Assembly: GCA_944393225.1 (NCBI GenBank)
Contig: CALXZK010000002.1
Location: 15,148 to 79,147 of the forward strand
Origin: an uncultured Alphaproteobacteria bacterium
GTDB lineage: Bacteria > Pseudomonadota > Alphaproteobacteria > RF32 > CAG-239
Direction of reading: 5' to 3'
DNA: 64,000 nt
The notes below the pieces were generated by a model that saw only the letters and a list, made by a program, of their open reading frames with translations, was not told the origin of the DNA and did no database searches. A program made the position numbers and the translations under genes. Below are positions 40,020-48,340 of this stretch, piece by piece (the first letter of the stretch is position 1; every line of letters starts with the position of its first letter).

Positions 40020-41441
40020 ATGTTAAAATTCGGTCATAATCTGTTTAATTTTGAAAAAAACAATCGTTTTGTGCAAAGAATCATTTTTCTTTCCATTCCT
40101 ACAGCTTTGGTCTTTATTTTGCTGGTTGCCGTTCAGCTTATGTCGCCGGTTATGGCTATTGTTTCTTATGCCTCAATTATCATTTTTAACGTGCTTTTGC
40201 TGTTTCCGATTACCTTTGAAATGCAACAGGTTAAAAAATATATTGAAACGCTTGCTTCCGGTAACGACTTTGATGAAGCCAATATGAAACTCTCCGAAAA
40301 AGATTCTAAAGCCATTGTTGATGCCGTGAACACCATGCATAGTTTCTGGGCGCATAAAACTGATATTTTGGAAGCTCAAACCATTTCTGATACTGCTGTT
40401 TTGGACTCCCTGCCCGACCCGATTATGATGATTGACCGCAGCGGTAATATTCTCGGTGCAAACCTTTCTGCGCGTACGCTTTTCGGTAAAAACATTACAA
40501 ATAAAAATATTGATCATGTTTTTGATTCCAACAACTTTATTGACGCAGTATCAAAAGTTTTGAAAAAAGAAAGCACTTCCGAAAACTTGATTTTCTACGT
40601 CAAAAAACCGGTTCAACAAAAACTTTATGCGCATATCAAGCAACTGCCGTGGATGTCTAAAGGTCGCGCCGTTGCCGTTATTTCAATTTATGACCTGACA
40701 AAGGCTATGAAAATTGAAAAAATGCAATCTGACTTTGTGGCTAATGCCAGCCATGAACTGCGCACGCCTTTGGCAATTATCTCCGGTTTTATCGAAACCT
40801 TGCAAACGACCGCTCATGATGATGAACAGGCGCGCGACAATTTCTTGAAAATTATGAAAGAACAAGCCGAATATATGTCATCATTGATTGAGAACTTGCT
40901 CTCCCTTTCTAAAATTGAAATGAATCAAGACCAAAAGCCGGAAGGGAAAGCAAATGTTTGTAAGTTGGCACAAGAGGTTCAAGAAGCATTGACACATAAA
41001 GCCTCCGAACGTGACATTAAAATTAAAATCAGAGAAGAAAGCCATATCCCTGAAATCACTGCTGATGCCGGACAAGTGAAACAAGTTATTCAGAACTTGA
41101 CTGATAATGCCCTTAAATATGGTTTGGCGCAAAGCGATGTGACAATCAGCGTGTATAAAACAGATGCTATTCCTCCTTCTAAAAGCTACAAAGTTGCAGA
41201 AGGTAAAGCCGTGGCTATTTCCATTAATAACAAGGGACCCAAAATCAGTCCCGAAAATTTGGCTCGCTTGACAGAACGCTTCTTCCGTTTGCAAGAACAT
41301 AAAGACTTGAAAATTAAAGGTACGGGACTTGGTCTTTCTATTGCTAAGCACATTATCTTGCGCCACCGTGGAAACCTCACCGTTACCTCAACGTCTTATA
41401 ACGGAACCACGTTCACTATCTACCTGCCGGTTCATCAATAG
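40020..41441 (+). CDS. PAS-containing sensor histidine kinase (PhoR-like)
   Basis: Two N-terminal TMs, PAS region, DFVANASHELRTPL H-box, NLTDNALKY, GTGLGLSI; no cognate regulator adjacent. Confidence 0.85.
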   Translation: MLKFGHNLFNFEKNNRFVQRIIFLSIPTALVFILLVAVQLMSPVMAIVSYASIIIFNVLLLFPITFEMQQVKKYIETLASGNDFDEANMKLSEKDSKAIVDAVNTMHSFWAHKTDILEAQTISDTAVLDSLPDPIMMIDRSGNILGANLSARTLFGKNITNKNIDHVFDSNNFIDAVSKVLKKESTSENLIFYVKKPVQQKLYAHIKQLPWMSKGRAVAVISIYDLTKAMKIEKMQSDFVANASHELRTPLAIISGFIETLQTTAHDDEQARDNFLKIMKEQAEYMSSLIENLLSLSKIEMNQDQKPEGKANVCKLAQEVQEALTHKASERDIKIKIREESHIPEITADAGQVKQVIQNLTDNALKYGLAQSDVTISVYKTDAIPPSKSYKVAEGKAVAISINNKGPKISPENLARLTERFFRLQEHKDLKIKGTGLGLSIAKHIILRHRGNLTVTSTSYNGTTFTIYLPVHQ

Positions 41442-41547
41442 CAAGCTGAAACCGACTTGACCACATCAGTTTGACTACCTGTCTTGCGGTACATTGTGTT
41501 CCGCAATGCGCTCGCTTTTCTTGACGGAGTGAAACTACCTTGTGTAG
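41442..41547 (+). repeat. Dispersed ~105-bp palindromic repeat, copy C (starts immediately after the kinase stop)
   Basis: Colinear with 20529-20634 (51/68 identity over the first 68 nt by hand count). Confidence 0.75.
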
Positions 41548-41589
41548 AGGTGGTAACAAAAGAAAGCTTAATAGCATAAGCCAGAGTAT

Positions 41590-41622
41590 AAAAAAATCTC
41601 GGAAAAATTCCGAGATTTTTTT
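41590..41622. terminator. Bidirectional terminator after cysS
   Basis: aaaaaaatctcggaa / ttccgagattttttt perfect inverted repeat. Confidence 0.85.
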
Positions 41623-41625
41623 GAG

Positions 41626-43002
41626 TTACATTTTTTTCCAAGTGGTACCGTTGGGTCCATCTTCCAAGATAATGCCCTGCTCTTTGAGCTCATTGCGAAT
41701 CTTATCGGCCGTTGCCCAATCTTTGTTCTTTTTGGCTTCGGCACGGGCTTGAATTTTGGCTTCAATTTCAGCATCATCACCAGCGGCTCCGTCTTTGAAC
41801 CAGCCTTCGGCATCTTGCCACAACAAGCCCAGAAGATAAGCATTTGCCAATAACTCAGATTTATATTTAATCTTATCTTCTTCGCTTTCGGCTTTGTTCA
41901 AATTATTGACATTTTCATGCAGATAAGTCAGCGCCAACGGAGTGTTCAAGTCATCAGCCAAAGCTTCAACAACTCTTGTATCCGGCTCAACTTTTTCTGC
42001 CTTAACATCTTTAACTCTTAACAAGGCATTATAGAACTTATCCAAAGTGGCTTTGGCATTGCTCAAGCCTTCAAAGGTGAAGTTAAACGGTTGATGATAG
42101 TGAGAGCTCAAGAACAACAATCTTAAAGCTTCTGCCGGTGCTTTGGCCAAAACATCATCCAAGATATAAAAGTTGCCCAAAGACTTAGACATCTTCACAC
42201 CGTCAACCATCAGCATTCCGGCATGAACCCAATAATGCGCAAATTTTGTACCTTCAAATGCGCAGCAAGATTGAGCGCACTCATTTTCGTGGTGCGGGAA
42301 AATCAAATCTGAACCGCCGCCGTGAATATCAAAGTCATTACCGAGCAATTTAGAGCTCATGGCAGAGCATTCCAAATGCCAACCGGGGCGACCATAGCCC
42401 CAAGGGCTGTTCCAACCCGGTTCTGTGGGTTCTGAGGGTTTCCAAAGCACAAAGTCTGCCGGATTTTTCTTATAATCAGCCACTTCTACTCTGGCACCTG
42501 CCAACATCTCTTTCATGCTTCTTCCCGATAAGCAACCATAATTCGGCATTGAATCAACAGAGAAAAGCACGTGACCTTCAGCCTCGTAAGCATGACCATT
42601 AGCAAGCAAGCGTTTAACCAACTCAATCATCTCGTTGATATAGTCCGTTGCTCTCGGGCGATAGTTCGGCTCCAAGTTGCCGAGCTTTTTCATATCTTCA
42701 ATATACCAATTATAGGTTTCTTCGGTAATCTCGCGAATCGGTTTACCGGTTTCTTTGTGCTTATTTAAAATCTTATCATCAACATCGGTGATGTTTGAAA
42801 CATAAGTCACATGGTCGGCACCGTAAACATAGCGGAGCAACCGATAAAGCACGTCATAAGACACCGGAGTTTTACCGTTGCCCAAGTGTGCTTTATCATA
42901 AACCGTGGGGCCACAGACATACATGCGCACATTGTTACAGTCGATGGGAATAAACTTTTCTTTGCGACGTGTTAATGTGTTATGCAAGTATATGTCTACC
43001 AC
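41626..43002 (-). CDS. cysS: Cysteinyl-tRNA synthetase
   Basis: YVCGPTVYD, HLGN, GRPGWHLECSAM, KMSKSLGN. Confidence 0.98.
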   Translation of the reverse strand: MVDIYLHNTLTRRKEKFIPIDCNNVRMYVCGPTVYDKAHLGNGKTPVSYDVLYRLLRYVYGADHVTYVSNITDVDDKILNKHKETGKPIREITEETYNWYIEDMKKLGNLEPNYRPRATDYINEMIELVKRLLANGHAYEAEGHVLFSVDSMPNYGCLSGRSMKEMLAGARVEVADYKKNPADFVLWKPSEPTEPGWNSPWGYGRPGWHLECSAMSSKLLGNDFDIHGGGSDLIFPHHENECAQSCCAFEGTKFAHYWVHAGMLMVDGVKMSKSLGNFYILDDVLAKAPAEALRLLFLSSHYHQPFNFTFEGLSNAKATLDKFYNALLRVKDVKAEKVEPDTRVVEALADDLNTPLALTYLHENVNNLNKAESEEDKIKYKSELLANAYLLGLLWQDAEGWFKDGAAGDDAEIEAKIQARAEAKKNKDWATADKIRNELKEQGIILEDGPNGTTWKKM

Positions 43003-43033
43003 GATTTTTCTCCTTTATTTCTATTATGTTAAA

Positions 43034-44356
43034 TTATGCAGCTTCGCCTTTTAATCTCTTATAGGCTTTAGCTCTGCCCATCAAAGGCATTAAGATTTTG
43101 AGTTCCGGTCCGTTTTCTTGAGCGGTTAACGCTTTTCTAATCGGGTGGAACAAATCTTTGCCCTTTTTACCGGTTTTAGCTTTGACTTCATTAACCCAAA
43201 GATTGAAAGTTTCTTCATTCCAAGGTTCTGCCGGCAACAAATCGGCTGCGGCTTCGGTCAAAGCAGAATCTTCAATTACCGGTTTAACTTCTTTGTGACA
43301 AATGTCTTCCCAAGCGGTAATATCTTTGACAAATGTCAAATTACCTTTAACGGCATTCCAGAAGTTTTCATCAGCATCAATGCGACCTTTAACGTATTCA
43401 TAAGGTGCGCCGTGAATGAATTTGGTATTGAACATTTCCAATTCTTCAACATCAAATTTAGGTTGAGAACGACCGATTTTGCTCAAATCCAAAGATTTTG
43501 CCAAGCTTTCCAAATCATAAAACGGTTCAATACTTTCAGATGTACCCAATTTTGCCAAGAAAGAGCTAATGGCCATAGCTTCAATGCCTTCAGCTTTCAA
43601 TTCTCTTACACCCAGGCTGCCCAGACGTTTGGATAATTTACCTTCTTTACCGGTCAATAACGGCAAGTGACCAAAAGTCGGAACAATGCCGCCCAAAGCT
43701 TCAAACATTTGAACTTGAGATGCGGTGTTGGTAACGTGGTCTTCACCACGGATAATGTGGGTGATGCCGAAATCATGGTCATCAATTACGGAAGGCAAGT
43801 GATACAAAAAGCTACCGTCTTCACGAATGATAATTGGGTCGCTCAAATTTTTGGCTTCATATTTAACTTCGCCACGAACCATATCATTCCACTTAATTTC
43901 ACCATCAACGAGTTTGAAACGATAGTGCGGTTTGCGACCTTCTTTTTCATAAGCGGCAATTTGTTCTGCCGTCAATTTCAAAGCAGAACGATCATAAATC
44001 GGAGGCAAGCCCTTGTTCATCAAGCGTTTGCGCATGAACTCCAATTCTTCTGCCGTTTCATAGCAAGCATAAATGCGACCTTCTTTTTTTAATTGTTCAA
44101 CAACTTCGTTGTAGCGGTCAAAACGCGCAGATTGTCTGGCTTCTTCTTCCCAAACAAGTCCGAGCCACTTTAACGAATCTCTTAAAGAAAGCTCATATTC
44201 TTCTTTAGAACGAAGTTTATCTGTATCATCAATACGGAGCATAAACTTGCCGCCCAACTTCTTTGCCAACAACCAGTTGAACAATGCCGTTCTGGTGTTG
44301 CCAATGTGCATATAACCGGTCGGGCTTGGTGCAAATCTTACTTTTATTTCACTCAT
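43034..44356 (-). CDS. gltX: Glutamyl-tRNA synthetase
   Basis: RFAPSPTGYMHIGN, IIRGEDH, KLSKR; likely start MSEIK at 44356. Confidence 0.95.
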   Translation of the reverse strand: MSEIKVRFAPSPTGYMHIGNTRTALFNWLLAKKLGGKFMLRIDDTDKLRSKEEYELSLRDSLKWLGLVWEEEARQSARFDRYNEVVEQLKKEGRIYACYETAEELEFMRKRLMNKGLPPIYDRSALKLTAEQIAAYEKEGRKPHYRFKLVDGEIKWNDMVRGEVKYEAKNLSDPIIIREDGSFLYHLPSVIDDHDFGITHIIRGEDHVTNTASQVQMFEALGGIVPTFGHLPLLTGKEGKLSKRLGSLGVRELKAEGIEAMAISSFLAKLGTSESIEPFYDLESLAKSLDLSKIGRSQPKFDVEELEMFNTKFIHGAPYEYVKGRIDADENFWNAVKGNLTFVKDITAWEDICHKEVKPVIEDSALTEAAADLLPAEPWNEETFNLWVNEVKAKTGKKGKDLFHPIRKALTAQENGPELKILMPLMGRAKAYKRLKGEAA

Positions 44357-44453
44357 AACTAGAATATCCACTTTATTTATTAAACAAAACTAAAGCCGAT
44401 ATTATAAGTTTATGTTTATAAATTCAAGGTTATTTTGCAAGAATCTCGCTTTT

Positions 44454-45119
44454 TTATTGCTGATCTTCTTCTAATTTTTGTTGATTTGTCTTTTCCGTGG
44501 AGCTGACTATGGTTGCAAAGTCTTCCAAAAACCAGCTCATATCGCCCTCATCTTCTGCAACCATCTGGTAAAAACGATTGCGATATGACAAAATCAAACT
44601 GCTTTCAGCCAAAGTTAAATCGATGATTTTGATGCCGTCTTTATTTTCTACCAAACGAAAGATGACATTGATTTTTTGTGGCTGATTTTCTTTGTCTTGA
44701 AAATTTCCGCCCAAATCAATCGTGGCAAAAACATCTGTGTATGTTGATGATGCTATAGCATTGTTGATGCTAAAGGTTATCGGATATTGAAACGTGAGCG
44801 GAAAACTTTTGTAAACAGCCAAAGCATAGCGTTTGAACAATGATAAATATTCTTGTTGTTGAGTTTTATCCATCTCTCGCCAATGCTTACCTATCACAAA
44901 TTTGCCGATATAGTCCAAATCTACATATTTGAGAAACAATTCATCCAAATTTTGATATTTTTGTGCCAAATCTTGTTCTTGGAAAGTGTCAAGCAGTAAA
45001 TTTCCCTTGTCTTGCGCCCAAGAGATTGCTTTTTGAGGTTGAGGTGCAGCTGCATGCACCGAAAAACTCATCAGTGAAAAACAAACGATAATAAGTTGCA
45101 AAAATTGCTTACTTTTCAT
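44454..45119 (-). CDS. MlaC/Ttg2D-family phospholipid-binding periplasmic protein
   Basis: Signal peptide, VDLDYIGKFVIGKHWR, KIIDLTLAESSLILSYRNRF. Confidence 0.8.
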   Translation of the reverse strand: MKSKQFLQLIIVCFSLMSFSVHAAAPQPQKAISWAQDKGNLLLDTFQEQDLAQKYQNLDELFLKYVDLDYIGKFVIGKHWREMDKTQQQEYLSLFKRYALAVYKSFPLTFQYPITFSINNAIASSTYTDVFATIDLGGNFQDKENQPQKINVIFRLVENKDGIKIIDLTLAESSLILSYRNRFYQMVAEDEGDMSWFLEDFATIVSSTEKTNQQKLEEDQQ

Positions 45120-45168
45120 TTAAATATATCCTATATTGTTCTTAAACTTGCTTTGATTATAACATCAA

Positions 45169-46200
45169 TTGGTTAAAAAAATGAAACAAAAAATTTGCTT
45201 TTTATGTCTTTTGGGATGTTTGTTGTCTGCTCAGGCTTGGGCTGCCGATGCCGGCTTGCGTTTTATCAAAACGCGAGGCGAAGTTTTATGCGGAACAGAT
45301 TTAAGCGCCGGAACTTTTGCCAAACAAGACGAAGCCGGATATTGGCGCGGTATTGATGCCGATATGTGTCGCGTATTTTCAACCGCCATTTTCGGTCGTT
45401 CCGATAGATTTAAATTGGTTGATGTTAAACCCAATCAAGTGAATTCTGCAATTGCCCATAATAAAATTGATATAATGCTCGGTAATGCTCCCGGAACGGC
45501 TTCCAAAGACATTAGCGGCAGAACGACCCAAGCCGAAATTGTATATTATGTTCGACAAATGATTTTGGCTCATAAAAATGAAACTGCTACATCTATGGAA
45601 GATTTTAAGGGCAAAAAAATTTGCGTGATTACGGATACCGACGATTATTACAATATGCAAGACTTCAGTGACAAGTATAAACTGGATTTGCGCCCGCTCT
45701 TTTTCAAAAATCCCGATGCCGCTAAGGAAGCTTTTTTACTCAAACGCTGCGACCTTTATACCGGAAATGAGCTATATCTTAAAAGCATTATTGATCATAT
45801 GAGCGACACTTCTGTTCAAATAGAAATTTTACCCGAAGTCATTGCCGAAAAACCTGTCTATGCGCAAGTTCTGAAAGACAATCAAAAATTGCGCACTTCC
45901 GTTAAATGGATTATCAATGCTTTAACTCTGGCTGAAAAAAGAGGCATAAACTCTAAAAACGTAGATATTTTTATTGGGTTAAAAGATGGCTCGATTAAAA
46001 ATTTGCTCGGAGTTAATCCTGACTTATGGAACAAATTTGAGCTCTATCCGACATGGGTGAGAACCGCCATTACCGAACTTGGAAACTATGGCGAAATCTA
46101 TGAGAAAAATTTAGGTTCTCTCTCTGAATTTAATATTGCAAGAGATAAAAATAATCTGATTGAAAATGGCGGATTAATTGCTTCTCAGTCTTTTTATTAA
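45169..46200 (+). CDS. Amino-acid ABC transporter substrate-binding protein (AapJ/BztA-like)
   Basis: IKTRGEVLCG, GIDADMC, GNYGEIYEKNLG, GGLIAS; no permease genes adjacent. Confidence 0.8.
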   Translation: MVKKMKQKICFLCLLGCLLSAQAWAADAGLRFIKTRGEVLCGTDLSAGTFAKQDEAGYWRGIDADMCRVFSTAIFGRSDRFKLVDVKPNQVNSAIAHNKIDIMLGNAPGTASKDISGRTTQAEIVYYVRQMILAHKNETATSMEDFKGKKICVITDTDDYYNMQDFSDKYKLDLRPLFFKNPDAAKEAFLLKRCDLYTGNELYLKSIIDHMSDTSVQIEILPEVIAEKPVYAQVLKDNQKLRTSVKWIINALTLAEKRGINSKNVDIFIGLKDGSIKNLLGVNPDLWNKFELYPTWVRTAITELGNYGEIYEKNLGSLSEFNIARDKNNLIENGGLIASQSFY

Positions 46201-46913
46201 GCAATTTTTCTTTGGTTGAGATGATGCTTCATGATAAAATCGGCAGCGACCTCCAGACCTTCCGAAGAAATGCGGTGCTGTCCGCCGTTGACAACATAAG
46301 TTTCAACATGTGAGCCTAATTTTTCCAATTCGTTTTTGGTAAAATTCAAAGCTTCAAAACGAACCAAATTGTCGGCATTACCATGAATCAAAAGTGTATC
46401 CGGTGTAGATTGGGCATGACGTTCCAAAAACTTGTGCCCTGCCATAATGCCGCTAAAGCTGATGCAGCCGCCTATTTTATGTTCTCTCATCAGAGAAGTA
46501 TAAATTGCCAACATTGCCCCTTGTGAAAAACCACATAAATATAAGTCTTTATCTTCCAACTGATACTCATTCAAACATTGGGCGATATAATCATTTAGGT
46601 AAGAAAAAGCTTCTTCCAAACCCAATGTCATTCTGTTGTAGATTTCGACACATTCAGCCATAGTCGGAACGGTTTTTCTGTCATCATTGGGATCAAAACG
46701 GTGCATGGAATACCACTGGCGTTTGTCCTCCAAAACTTCGCAGCAAATCGGAGCCTGCGGCATATGAATTGCCGTATTATCAAATGTTTTGATAAAATTT
46801 TGCAGTTTTCCTTCCAGATAGTCGGCACTGTCAATATAGCCATGCAAAAATATTATCAATCTTTGCGGCTGACCATTAACGTAAACTATCTCTTCATTTA
46901 TGGCATTTAACAT
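46197..46913 (-). CDS. Phospholipase/carboxylesterase (alpha/beta hydrolase)
   Basis: FLHGY, GFSQG nucleophile elbow, HGNADNLV, His near the C-terminus. Confidence 0.9.
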   Translation of the reverse strand: MLNAINEEIVYVNGQPQRLIIFLHGYIDSADYLEGKLQNFIKTFDNTAIHMPQAPICCEVLEDKRQWYSMHRFDPNDDRKTVPTMAECVEIYNRMTLGLEEAFSYLNDYIAQCLNEYQLEDKDLYLCGFSQGAMLAIYTSLMREHKIGGCISFSGIMAGHKFLERHAQSTPDTLLIHGNADNLVRFEALNFTKNELEKLGSHVETYVVNGGQHRISSEGLEVAADFIMKHHLNQRKIA

Positions 46914-46977
46914 TTTTTGCGAATCCGATTTTTTCTTTCGCGTTACTTTAATGCCAATTTTCTAAAAAAAACGTAAA

Positions 46978-47081
46978 CGAACACGGCGTGTTCGACGGCA
47001 AAAGTTTGATTGCCTCTCTTGCTGTACCTTGAATCCGCGTTGCTCCCTCCATTCTTGGCGGAGTGATGATGCCTTGTTCAA
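46978..47081 (+). repeat. Dispersed palindromic repeat, copy B
   Basis: cgaacac-ggc-gtgttcg-acggcaaaagtt, then a body 18/22 identical to 20560-20581, ending tgccttgttcaa. Confidence 0.7.
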
Positions 47082-47149
47082 GCAAAAAAGCCTGTTCGTG
47101 CCAATAATAAACAATGTTTTGAACGAAAATAATGTAACTTAAATGGGAT

Positions 47150-47410
47150 TTAATTGAAATAAATTAAGGACAGTGATGTGATGATAAACAACACAACATA
47201 TATCAACGCATAAAAAACCATTTTACTCATTTTTTGTTTGATTTTTTCTCGGTATAAAAGCGGAAATAAAATATATACCAAAAGATAAACGCTTCCCCAA
47301 AAACCAACAAAAAGCTCATAATCTTGAGGGGTAAACACAAATGCTGTTATACCGCCCATCATCAGGGGAACAACAAAAAAACCAATTATGAAAAATATTA
47401 TCCTCTTCAT
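47150..47410 (-). CDS. Small membrane protein (about 3 TM), hypothetical
   Basis: 86-aa hydrophobic ORF, gagga RBS. Confidence 0.6.
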   Translation of the reverse strand: MKRIIFFIIGFFVVPLMMGGITAFVFTPQDYELFVGFWGSVYLLVYILFPLLYREKIKQKMSKMVFYALIYVVLFIITSLSLIYFN

Positions 47411-47442
47411 GATATCCTCTTGTTTTTAAGATAATAAAAATA

Positions 47443-47476
47443 AAAAAAAAGGCAATATAAAAAAATATTGCCTTTT
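47443..47476. terminator. Terminator at the distal end of the phage-like cluster
   Basis: aaaaggcaatat / atattgcctttt with U-tract on the minus strand. Confidence 0.75.
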
Positions 47477-47486
47477 ATTATATTGT

Positions 47487-47738
47487 TTATATATTTTTGT
47501 TTTTATGATAATTTTTTCTCACTTTATTCCCAATGTCTTTACACTTACTTACGCTATGTCTTGAATTTTTTAAACACTTTATTGTTTCTTTTTCGCCAAT
47601 ATTAAGTGTTTTTATCCCAAAGGCTTCATTTTTTATTTTTTTGTAAGTTTCACTAGCTTTTTCCATTGCTTTATTTACACTTTTATTTTTGACCTTCTTT
47701 AATGCAGTTTTTCCGACTTCTTGTATTATTTTATTCAT
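47487..47738 (-). CDS. Hypothetical basic protein, last gene of the cluster
   Basis: Likely start MNKIIQEV at 47738 (gagggg RBS), overlapping the upstream stop. Confidence 0.5.
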   Translation of the reverse strand: MNKIIQEVGKTALKKVKNKSVNKAMEKASETYKKIKNEAFGIKTLNIGEKETIKCLKNSRHSVSKCKDIGNKVRKNYHKNKNI

Positions 47739-47946
47739 TCTTACCCCTCTGTAATTGTTTGGGATATTTGAACTTGATGGCTTGCCATTTTTCAATCACA
47801 TCAATCAGCTCATAAGGCAAATCGCCTCCTTCTTGCAAAACCATGTCAAAAGCTTTTAAAATGGCATCAAGCTGCTCTCCAATCGGCAAAATTTTCTCAT
47901 AGGCTTTTTGTCTTTTTTCTTTATATGTTGTTTTTGCTCTCGGCAT
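47731..47946 (-). CDS. Small phage protein resembling tail-fibre-assembly/chaperone-like proteins
   Basis: YKEKRQKAYE..PIGEQLD...WQAIKFKYPK resembles a recurring small-protein motif of marine podoviruses (from memory, unverified). Confidence 0.45.
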   Translation of the reverse strand: MPRAKTTYKEKRQKAYEKILPIGEQLDAILKAFDMVLQEGGDLPYELIDVIEKWQAIKFKYPKQLQRGKNE

Positions 47947-47956
47947 TTTTTCTCTC

Positions 47957-48325
47957 CTATTTGATAATTTTTCCGGTTGTATCTACAATTGAATTAAGCA
48001 AACCTCTGTTCAAAGCATTTTCTTTCTCACGATATTTTTGTTGGTAATTATATTCAAAATTATCATTGTTATAAGCCAACTCATCATATCCTTCTTTAGC
48101 TTCTCGTTGTTGAGCTGCCGCTGCCGATTTGCTTGAACTCAAACCCATGGCACTTAATCCGGCTCTTCGGCTTGCAAGTTGCTCATTTAGCAAATTTTTG
48201 CGTTTGGTTTGATTGTATTGATATTCTTTTTGCATTTGTTTTAATTGCTTGTTTTGGTTGTTGGCTTCATTTAACAAATTGACGGCGGTCATACCAACAC
48301 CAATGGCGGTTCCAATCCCTCCCAT
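47957..48325 (-). CDS. Putative small internal virion protein
   Basis: Gly/Ala-rich N-terminus plus Gln/Asn coiled coil (RRAGLSAMGLSSS), directly after tail tubular B, as for T7 gp14-like genes. Confidence 0.45.
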   Translation of the reverse strand: MGGIGTAIGVGMTAVNLLNEANNQNKQLKQMQKEYQYNQTKRKNLLNEQLASRRAGLSAMGLSSSKSAAAAQQREAKEGYDELAYNNDNFEYNYQQKYREKENALNRGLLNSIVDTTGKIIK

Positions 48326-48340
48326 TATTTTCTCCTTTCT

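Noticed and set aside
47139-47153. Second TTAA-N7-TTAA (CtrA-like) site
   Set aside because: Overlaps a stop codon, lacks the terminal C, and is expected by chance in AT-rich DNA.
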